DNA from: Malacoraja senta
Taxonomy: Eukaryota
NCBI GenBank assembly: GCA_038087875.1
Contig: CM075988.1
Span: forward strand, 16,804,001-16,868,000
Direction: 5' to 3'
Length of the DNA: 64,000 nucleotides
This document shows positions 40,263-49,319 of this stretch, piece after piece. Under the pieces are notes generated by a model that worked only from the letters and a program-made list of their open reading frames with translations, was not told the DNA's origin and ran no database searches. Numbering within the stretch: the first letter of the stretch is position 1; each line of letters opens with the position of its first letter. A program made the translations under genes and the position numbers.

Positions 40263-40715
40263 TCTGTTTGTGCTGCGTTGCAGTTTAGTCGCAGATGGAT
40301 GGCAATAATAAATCCTTACGTTTACTACATGATCCATGCGTGAGTGAGTGAATGAGTGAAAGTAATATTTAGTACTCGACCAGCTCAGAAAGTGATGATT
40401 AGCGGTAGACTCCAGCTCCTAATGCTAATACACTAACGCACACTGGGTAGAAATAAGTTGTCACTTACTTTCAGGAGCGCAAAGGATAATGAAGCCCATG
40501 GGATGAATTTATCTGTAAGCAGAGAATAAACAAGCCCTTTTCTATTCATTTTGGGCATTTGGGCATCATTGCCAAGGCCAGAATTCATTGCCTATCCCTA
40601 ATTTTCCCCTGGGAAAGTGGTGGTGAGGTGTTTACTTGAACCACTGCAGTCCTTTTGGTGAAAGTGTTCCACGCTGTTTTAAGGTAAGAAATCCCAATAT
40701 TGAGATCCGGTGACA

Positions 40716-41208
40716 TAGATACATAGAATAGATAGATACATAGAAAATAGGTGCAGGAGTAGGCCATTCGGCCCTTCGAGCCTGCACCGCCATTCAATAT
40801 GATCATGGCTGATCATCCAACTCAGTATCCCGTACCTGCCTTCTCTCCATACCCCCTGATCCCTTTAGCCACAAGGGCCACATCTAACTCCCTCTTAAAT
40901 ATAGCCAATGAACTGGCCTCAACTACCCTCTGTGGCAGAGAGTTCCAGAGATTCACCACTCTCTGTGTGAAAAAGTTTTTCCTCATCTCGGTCTTAAAGG
41001 ATTTCCCCCTTATCCTTAAGCTGTGACCCCTTGTCCTGGACTTCCCCAACATCGGGAACAATCTTCCTGCATCTAGCCTGTCCAACCCCACAAGAATTTT
41101 GTACGTTTCTATAAGATCCCCTCTCAATCTCCTAAATTCTAGCGAGTATAAGCCAAGTCTATCCAGTCTTTCTTCATATGAAAGTCCTGACATCCCAGGA
41201 ATCAGTCT
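40716..41208 (-). mobile_element. CR1-clade (HER1-like) LINE 3' fragment, young
   Basis: Open ORF2 end LSYEERLDRLGLYSLEFRRLRGDLIETYKI...NFFTQRVVNLWNSLP; 8-nt tail repeats; GGTGACA on both sides (40709-40715, 41209-41215). Confidence 0.93.
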
Positions 41209-41645
41209 GGTGACAAAGAAGGAATGGTGATATAGTTCCAGGTCAGGATGGTGTACAACTTATAATGGTAGAGTCTAGGAGTTGGACGGAGGACCGGGAA
41301 GCAGACCGGCTGTAGAGGGAGTGCACTGCCTGGACGGGAGAGTGGGCCGCTGGAGGCCTTACAGCAGCCTGGGGCTCGGCTGGACCGGGCGCCGCTTGAA
41401 GAGGCCGAGCGCGTGGATCGGACGCTGCCCACAACCGTGGAGCAGCGGTGGAGGCCTGCAATGGCTATGCTTAGTCAGGCCAACCCCACAATGCCACCAG
41501 GACAATGGGCCTTCATGGTCAGGTCAAGAACCCTGCACACACAACAACTGGGACTTGAAAATGGCGGCAAATCTGGTGAATCTGTATACTGTCTCAGTGT
41601 ACAACTACTATACGCTTGCACTGTGGCTGAGACGCTTATCTAGTA

Positions 41646-42422
41646 CTAGACCAAGTGGGACCAGTTGGGTCCCTGTCACACGGGAGGGCTGGTCCCCGAA
41701 TGCAATATTCCACCACTCACCCATAGCCCCCAACTGCACAGGCATGGCTGACTGGTTCCCGTTGTGACGCCAGAGATCCCCGTTGTGACTCAAGTCATGA
41801 CAACCCTCCCCAAGTGCACCTCGCCATCCCTCTTCCTACCCCTATCCTCCTCCATTCCCCCTCATCCCCAGCACTTCCTCCCCCTCCTCTTCATCCTCCG
41901 TCTTCTTTCCCCTCTCCTCCTCCCCTCCCCCACTACCCTCACATCTCCCTCTCTCATTTCCCCTACCCTCAGTCACTCACTCCCTCCCTCCATAACCCCT
42001 CTCCCCTCCCTACCACCCTTGAAGTTATTATGAGGTGGAAGCTGCTGTGCTTTTGAAAATCGAGTTTTTTTTTAATGTAAATGAGATCCCATTGTGATTT
42101 AATTGTGGGGTGGAACACTGCTGATGGGCATTTTATGCAAATGTGGTCCCAATGTTACATCATATGCTGCTAACTGCCAGTGCAGTTGGAAGAGATTTTT
42201 ATCAAAGTGGGGTTTTGTAAAGTTTAAAATGTGAATAACTTGTAAATTATACCATCAATCAGAACAAAACTTGATACAACACACCACAGGACCATGCTGA
42301 GTAAGATGGGCCAAAAATTGTAGCACTATCGTGTAATGTTTTGGCGTCATTTCAGGGCATCACAGACATGCACACAGACAGACATAGAAACAAACAAGAT
42401 GAGAGTCTTAGTAATATATAGA
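41646..42422 (-). mobile_element. Non-autonomous Helitron
   Basis: Minus strand begins TCTATATATTAC followed by a TGTY-like microsatellite and ends GGGACC-CAACT-GGTCCC hairpin ...CTAG; inserted between A and T with no TSD. Confidence 0.85.
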
Positions 42423-42593
42423 TGATGTATCTGAGAGCTTATGTAATGCAATACATGCATTGAACTGTATACAAAAATGAATTTACCTGTACCTTGGTAC
42501 ATGTGACAAATAAAGTGCATTTGAACCATTAAACCATTGAAGTGGTGGTGTTCTTGCTTCCTTGTCTTCTAGATGTAGAGGTGGTGAGACTAA

Positions 42594-43107
42594 AGGGCCT
42601 GTCCCACTTACGCGACCTTGGCTTGCAAATTACGTGACCGCGGTGGCCGCTTGAGGCGTACGGGCCTCGCGGGGCCAGTCCCACTTGGAAGCGCGGAGGC
42701 GTATGGAGTTGTGCGGGGCTGGTCCCGACATCGGCGGGGCTCCAAAATTCCTGCAGTGTCTGAACATTTCGTGCGGCAACGGCCTGTCGGCACGCAGGCG
42801 CATTGCGGTCGTACGCAGCATCTTGACGTCATATGCAGCGTCTTCACGGCGTACGCAGCGTCTTGATGGCGTACACCTAGCGCGTGGCGTTGCGCGATGA
42901 CGTCATCACCTGGTGTCGTGTTGCGTGATGACGTCACCGCCCGACGCCGTGTGACGCACAAATTTAGTCGGCCCGCCTCCTGCCCAGCTGATTGGTCAGC
43001 ATGACGCAAATGACGTCACGCTCGTACTTAGCACGAACTTTGCGTGAACTCCGCTTCCGTTTGGTCGCGCCAAACGCATGCAATCGCATGCAAGTGGGAC
43101 AGGCCCT
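42594..43107. mobile_element. PIF/Harbinger-type MITE, relative of 4553-4932 in opposite orientation
   Basis: TIR AGGGCCTGTCCCACTT / AAGTGGGACAGGCCCT with a perfect TAA TSD; internal blocks are reverse complements of the 4553 copy. Confidence 0.9.
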
Positions 43108-44046
43108 TAAGATGCACTATTGGAGTAGCATGGGCAAGTCACTGTGAAGCATTTTGTAGAGTCAGGCCCAACGCCCATGCTGACCAAGATGCCCCATCTG
43201 CGTTAGTCCCACCTACTCACATTTGACCCATATCCCTCTAAAACTTTTCTACCCATGTACCTGTCCAAATGTTTTATAAATGTTTTAATTGCACTTGTCT
43301 CTATTTCCTCCTCTGGCAGCTGGTTCCATGAACTGTTGGAGGGAATGGATGTATAGGGAGATTGATGGAGTGCCAGTCAAGCAAGTGGCTTTGTCCTAGA
43401 TGGTGTTGGGCTATTTAAGAATGATTGCACTGCATTCATTCATGTAACTGGAGAGTATTCCATCTCACTGCTGTCTTGTGCCTTGTAGATGGTGGAAAGG
43501 CCTTGAAGTGTCAGCAAGTGAGTCATTCACTGCAGGTTACTGAACTGCCCTTACGCCCACAGTAGCTATTTGCTTGTCCGGGTGAGTTTCTGATCAATAG
43601 TGACACTCAGGCTATTGATGGTGGGGTATCAGCATGCCAGTGACTGCCAGGGGCAGATGGTTAGATTTGCTCTTGTTGGGAAAGGACATCACCTGCTATT
43701 TTGCAACATTAATATTATTTACCATTTCTCAATCCATGTCCGAATGTTGTCTGGGGTCTGAAGAAGGGTTCAGCCCCGTAACGAAATCTATCCATGTTCT
43801 CCAGAGATGCTGCCTGATCCGCTGAGTTACTCCAGCACTTTGTGTCCTTTTGTCTAGGTTCTTGCTCTGTGCAGGTATAATCTGCTGCATTTGTTGAGGA
43901 AGGCAAATGGAATTGAATCATCATTTCCTATCTTGTGGTTAAAGGAAGCCCATAGTCAAAGCAATGGTGGATGATTGGGTCCAGGACCTGCCTCAAAGGA
44001 CAAATCCTGAGGATTTGTCAGAGGGGGTAATGTTTAAAGGAGATAT

Positions 44047-44689
44047 TGATAAAGCTGAATTATGTTAAAAATATAAGAAAAGCTTACAGCTTATATTTAG
44101 TCTCAAATCAGGCTTTTCTCCAGTAGAATAATACAGAAAGGCAAGTTAAGTTGCCTCAGGTTTTGGGGTATTGCGATAATAAATACCATAACATTATCTC
44201 CCAAGTGAGGAAGTGACAGAGAGGAAACAGCGAAAGAGCTAGGGTGATCTCTTTGAAGATAAGATGCCATAAAACAAATGGCCTATGGTTATGAAGGACC
44301 AAGTGACAGAGAGGAAACAGCGAAAGAGCTAGGGTGATCTCTTTGAAGATAAAATGACCTAAAATAAATGGCCAATGTTTTTAGTATATCATAACCTGTA
44401 AACAAAAGGCCTTTGATGTGATGCCTTTTCCTGTACCTCTGACCATGACTAATGTCTGTGGAATGTGCTAATGTGACAAAGAAACACTATATAATGCGAT
44501 GTAATTCTGTTGTTCAGAGAAGGGGACCGAGGACAGTCGAGTGTCTACATTGGTCACTTAGCTGGAATTCTCGCTCCCTTCCATCGGCCGATGTTAAGTA
44601 AAGTTTGAACTGGTCTACCAAACAGTTTGTGTGGTGTCTGTTTATTGAGAAGCGAACCTGGTTTAGTAGTTATAAAAGTAACTTTTTCA
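44047..44689 (+). repeat. 5' LTR
   Basis: Starts TGATAAAG, ends CTTTTTCA (imperfect terminal inverted repeat); ~80-bp unit duplicated at 44211 and 44301; TATATAA at 44488-44494; AGTAAA at 44597-44602. Confidence 0.96.
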
Positions 44690-44690
44690 T

Positions 44691-44707
44691 TGGCGTAGTT
44701 ATGCAGG
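44691..44707 (+). promoter_or_regulatory. Primer binding site, tRNA-Ser-like
   Basis: TGGCGTAGTTATGCAGG one base after the LTR; resembles TGGCGTAGTCGGCAGG, the complement of a vertebrate tRNA-Ser 3' end, with an internal mismatch/insertion. Confidence 0.75.
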
Positions 44708-44893
44708 CCTCGCTGGGACCACATCAACGGCTGACTGTGCAAGAGGTTGCAGAGGTTGCCGGGATTGGAAGGGAGATAACTGAGCTCTATCGGCCCCCTT
44801 GTAAGACCGACTCCCTAGAAACTCCCGGGAACGTCTGTGATCCTTCATCAGAGGTTGATCCAGGTTCCCTGCCGAGGTTCTTAGAAACAGACC

Positions 44894-44902
44894 AAGGTAA
44901 GA
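44894..44902 (+). promoter_or_regulatory. Putative major splice donor in the ERV leader
   Basis: AAG|GTAAGA about 200 nt downstream of the PBS and upstream of gag, the usual retroviral position. Confidence 0.55.
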
Positions 44903-45496
44903 CCAGTTGGGCTTTATAGGTTTTTTTTTTTAAGAAGGGATTGTGTATGTATTTTTAAGACAGAATTGTGCATGTATTTTTAAGATGGGCTTGTGTATAT
45001 TGTTAAGAAGGACGTGAGTGGTTTCTCTTTCTCTCTCTCTGTCTATCTCTCTTTGTTTTTTTCTTTTCTCTCTACTAAGGGCTTATCGGCCTCGTTGAGA
45101 CATCCGTGTTTTGTCGGGTTGAGATACGGGAGTTGAGGTGTGCGTCTGGCTTATTGAAACATCCGGGGAGTTGTCGGATTAAGAAATAAGTGGCGTTGTA
45201 TATTAAAGATTAAGAAGTCTGCCAGGTTGAGAAACGGGGGGTCTCGGTTAGCGGGTCTGCTTCGTTGAGACACATGGGGCTTATTTTAGGTCTGCCAGGT
45301 TGAGAAACGGGGGTCTCGGTTAGTGAGTCGGCTTCGTTGAGACACTTGGGTCGTATATCAAAGAGGTAAAGAAAAATAAAAAATCAGCCAAATTGAGAAA
45401 CTGGTGTCTCGAGTAGCGAGTCGGCCTGGTTGATATATTTGGAGCGATTCGGAATTAAGAAGTCTGCTTTCTCTTTCTCTTTCTCTCTATCTATCT

Positions 45497-46480
45497 ATGG
45501 GGAATGCTCTGGATAACAGTGAGGGGGGAACCCCCGTCCAACATATGTGTTATTTGAATCCTAAGTATAATAAGACATTTAGAATGTTAAGTTACAAGTT
45601 GACCAAACGGTTGGGGGATGAAGCCGCGCCAGTAGGGGGCACATGGAATGTCGAGACAATTAAAAAAGCAGAAATGTTGATATGGGAAAGGAAGGCAGGA
45701 AAGAAATGGAAGAAGGGAATTAAGATGTGGAAAGCAGAAGCAGAGAAGAAGCAGGAGGAGAGTAGAGATCGAAGTTGGATGGATACTGCGTGTAAACAAG
45801 GGATAGAGTTACGAAATAAGGATGGCACTATGAATGGATGGAAAGTATTGCAACTAGAATGCCAGTGGGCGGAGGAACAAGAGAAAATAATTAAGAGACA
45901 GGCAGGAGGTGAGAAACAGGTGATGGTTAGTAAAAATAACCTCAGTACTGGTAAATCCTCTGGAGGAGACTTCATGTCTGGCACGACGACCCTGTTTGGT
46001 AGTGAAGATGAGGAGTTAGATAATCCTGGGAGATGTCCACCTCCCTACGTCCTACCAGTAGCGATGGCATACTTACCTGTGGCAGCTCCGTCAGTAATAT
46101 CCCTATACCTTGAAGTTCTGACCTTACAAAGCTCCCCAGGATTGGGAGCACGGGAATGCCTTTCTGTGCGTTATTTGCTTAAGGCATTGATGATACCAGA
46201 ACAGCTGACCATTATTAAATGTGCTGCACACACTGGTGCTGGGGACCCTATAACCAAAGGCAATGCATTTGCTGATAGTGTAGCCAAACAAACAGCCTAT
46301 GCATCCAAATGCTTAGTGACATCTGGTAAACAGATACTAGCAAATAGAACGGTCCTGCCAAACATGAGGGAAGTATGTACATTACAGAGGGACGCCTCTG
46401 ATAACCCAAAACAACTATGGAAACAAGAGGGCTGTGCCATTGATTCGGCTCACCCCGCTTGGACAAGTTGGTGTATCTGA
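45497..46480 (+). CDS. gag: 327-aa chimeric ORF: Gag N-terminus (matrix-like region plus PPPY late domain) fused in frame to the RNase H C-terminus
   Basis: MGN start (Gly2, possible myristoylation), basic N-terminal region, PPPY, then LLKALMIPEQLTIIKCAAH...GNAFADSVAK, typical of the retroviral RNase H C-terminus. Confidence 0.85.
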   Translation: MGNALDNSEGGTPVQHMCYLNPKYNKTFRMLSYKLTKRLGDEAAPVGGTWNVETIKKAEMLIWERKAGKKWKKGIKMWKAEAEKKQEESRDRSWMDTACKQGIELRNKDGTMNGWKVLQLECQWAEEQEKIIKRQAGGEKQVMVSKNNLSTGKSSGGDFMSGTTTLFGSEDEELDNPGRCPPPYVLPVAMAYLPVAAPSVISLYLEVLTLQSSPGLGARECLSVRYLLKALMIPEQLTIIKCAAHTGAGDPITKGNAFADSVAKQTAYASKCLVTSGKQILANRTVLPNMREVCTLQRDASDNPKQLWKQEGCAIDSAHPAWTSWCI

Positions 46481-47048
46481 TGCATTTTTACCTGTTTTAC
46501 TAACATATATTCACTCCCTTACCCATGCTGGTAAGGAGGGAATGATAAGGATGACAAAGGAAACGTGGTGGCACCTAAAAATCCGGCAAGAGGCACTGAA
46601 GCAGGCCTCTGAATGTAAAATTTGCCAACTAAATAATCCAGGCAAACCAATTAGGATACCCTCAGGGGTGACACCAATGCCATCACGACCGTTTGAATGC
46701 ATACAGATTGATTTTATTGAAATGCCAAGGGCCCAGTGTTATAAATATTGCTTAGTTATTTTAGATTTATTTAGCAGGTGGATTGAAGCTCCACCAACCA
46801 CTAATGATACTGCTGAGACTACAGTAACATTGGTGTTAAGGGAAGTTATTCCCAGGTTTGGCCTACCTACTGTCATAAGCTTGGACAATGGTCCCCATTT
46901 TATTGCCACTATTAATAAGGAAATATGTACACATTTTTATATCCGACAGCAATTTCACTGTGTACATCACCCACAGGCATCTGGGATGGTGGAAAGAGCC
47001 TATGGGGCATTGCAAAACAAAATTACCCCGGGGGAATCCTTTTTCTGA
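46434..47048 (+). pseudogene. pol: Retroviral integrase HHCC and catalytic core, frameshifted relative to RNase H and truncated
   Basis: HSLTH...CKIC zinc motif; QIDF, LDNGPHF and SGMVER give the D,D,E triad; homology ends near ALQNKI. Confidence 0.92.
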
Positions 47049-47922
47049 CAAGCAACTATGTTATAGAAAAATTGGGGATGAAGACAAATTCGGTGGAGAA
47101 ATGAGGATAGGATAGGGAGACTGAAAAGTCACGGGGAGTCTGAATAATCATGATCTGGATCAAAGTATAATTAGGGTTAGGTAACCAGGATTCTGGTAAA
47201 CAGAAGTCTTGTCAGAAAAAGGGAAAGTAAATTACAAAGAGACGTCTTTGAAGATGAAATATTATATACTGCTGGTAAAACAATTTTTTTGTGTGTATGT
47301 ACTGCTTGTAAAACAATGTTTTTTCTATGTGGAATGTGTGAAATTTGAAGCAATGAGCAAAAGTGTGAGTCCCTTTAAGAACAGTTTGTCCTTTAAAATG
47401 CAAATGAACAGGCAGGTTATGGTGTGTTCCTTTAAGACACTGCCATGAATGGGGGGTGGAGTTATACTCAAATGATAAAATGTGTTGGAGCAAATGATAA
47501 AATGTGTTGGTTGTTATAAATCTTTTGAGCCGAGTTCAAAAAGAGACTCATCCCAATTAAAGTGTTAAATGAGATTGGAAATGTCAAAATTACAGAGAAA
47601 AAGAAAATGTATTATTGATTACTGATTCTGAGTGAGTTCTTTTGGGATTGTTTTGATGTGATAACAGAGGTTGTCCTTTAAAATGCAAATGAAGCAAGAT
47701 TATGGTCTGCAGACGAACAAAGGTGTTGAAGCATGTGCTGTGTAAGGGAAATGAATGTACATGTAAAATTGTCTTATGGCTTACAAAAGGGGGTTTGAGG
47801 GATCTCATAATGAGGGATAAAAGGTGAGAAGATAAGTAGATTGGGGAAGAGAACATATTTGGAGAATTTAATATTTAGGTGGGGAGAGATATAATCGGAT
47901 TAAAGAATAAGTTCACAGAGAA

Positions 47923-48053
47923 GTGTTTAAGAAGGAACTGCAGATGCTGGAAAATCAAAGGTAGACAAAAGTGCTGGAGAAACTCATGGGATGAGGCAGC
48001 ATCTATGGAGCGAAGGAAATAGGCATCATTTCAGGCCGAAGCCCTTCTTCAGA
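47923..48053 (-). repeat. Penelope 3'-end repeat embedded in the ERV
   Basis: Same family as 52165-52295 and 63492-63622, with several substitutions including CpG decay. Confidence 0.88.
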
Positions 48054-48336
48054 GTAGATTGGGGTTATTCAACTGCAGCTAGAGAAACAGGATTTACAAC
48101 TTTTTTATTGATTCAGGAAAGGCTGCTGTGCCCACACCCTGGAGAGTGGGGGGAAGCCACCTACAGGCCCTGGGCAATTAACTAATTATGTATGGACAGC
48201 AATTAATCCAGGTCTTGCCAGATCTGCATTCCCAGGTTAGAGGAGCTGTGAGCACAGGGACGAGTCCATAAAGGCTACAAAATGACCATGTGCTGGGACA
48301 AGAAGAAATTGAGATTGTGTTGAAAGGAAAAACCAA

Positions 48337-48414
48337 GTGCTATCAACAACATAAACTGCTGTGAAGATTGAAGATCATCGTCGTTGGATACATTTGATTG
48401 ACTGTGAACGGTTT
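48337..48414 (+). pseudogene. pol: Degraded integrase C-terminal segment
   Basis: Translates VLSTT*TAVKIEDHRRWIHLIDCERF, like the VLLTTPTAVKV...WIHxSHC motif of gamma/epsilon integrases. Confidence 0.75.
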
Positions 48415-48664
48415 GTGGAGCTATTGACCCTCTTTTATTCTGGGGTGGCCCACATGGACTGGACTTTCTTCAGAATGGCAAACTTGCGGACTAACCCACA
48501 TTTAAAGGATGGTACATACATCCTTTTAAACAAGATTGGAGTCAAACATGACAAATGCAGCAAAGATACCCAGACTACAGACAGTGAGATAATTTGCCTG
48601 ATGAGATGCTTATGGTCTTTCGTATGTACTCGGCAAGGACTGTAGTGATTATCAAGATTTTGAT

Positions 48665-48676
48665 AAAAGGATGGAA
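48665..48676 (+). promoter_or_regulatory. Polypurine tract
   Basis: AAAAGGATGGAA directly before the 3' LTR. Confidence 0.75.
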
Positions 48677-49319
48677 TGATAAAGCTGAATTATGTTAAAA
48701 ATATAAGAAAAGCTTACAGCTTATATTTAGTCTCAAATCAGGCTTTTCTCCAGTAGAATAATACAGAAAGGCAAGTTAAGTTGCCTCAGGTTTTGGGGTA
48801 TTGCGATAATAAATACCATAACATTATCTCCCAAGTGAGGAAGTGACAGAGAGGAAACAGCGAAAGAGCTAGGGTGATCTCTTTGAAGATAAGATGCCAT
48901 AAAACAAATGGCCTATGGTTATGAAGGACCAAGTGACAGAGAGGAAACAGCGAAAGAGCTAGGGTGATCTCTTTGAAGATAAAATGACCTAAAATAAATG
49001 GCCAATGTTTTTAGTATATCATAACCTGTAAACAAAAGGCCTTTGATGTGATGCCTTTTCCTGTACCTCTGACCATGACTAATGTCTGTGGAATGTGCTA
49101 ATGTGACAAAGAAACACTATATAATGCGATGTAATTCTGTTGTTCAGAGAAGGGGACCGAGGACAGTCGAGTGTCTACATTGGTCACTTAGCTGGAATTC
49201 TCGCTCCCTTCCATCGGCCGATGTTAAGTAAAGTTTGAACTGGTCTACCAAACAGTTTGTGTGGTGTCTGTTTATTGAGAAGCGAACCTGGTTTAGTAGT
49301 TATAAAAGTAACTTTTTCA
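48677..49319 (+). repeat. 3' LTR
   Basis: Block-by-block reading shows no difference from 44047-44689. Confidence 0.96.

Larger units (their letters stand above)
44047..49319 (+). mobile_element. Endogenous retrovirus (epsilon/gamma-like, class I), internally deleted, non-autonomous
   Basis: Two 643-bp direct repeats bounded by TG...CA; ATAT on both flanks (44043-44046, 49320-49323); PBS after the 5' LTR; purine tract before the 3' LTR; gag, RNase H and integrase remnants inside. The flanks rejoin into a CR1 fragment. Confidence 0.96.

Noticed and set aside
41282..42056. 161-aa ORF and Pro/Ser/Leu-rich ORFs
   Set aside because: They span unrelated repeats and a low-complexity pyrimidine tract.
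45217..45445. CRISPR-like repeat spacing
   Set aside because: Eukaryotic ERV leader; units are degenerate tandem repeats without unique spacers or cas genes.
47050..48660. env gene in the ERV 3' region
   Set aside because: No long ORF, signal peptide, furin site, CX6CC motif or TM anchor seen.
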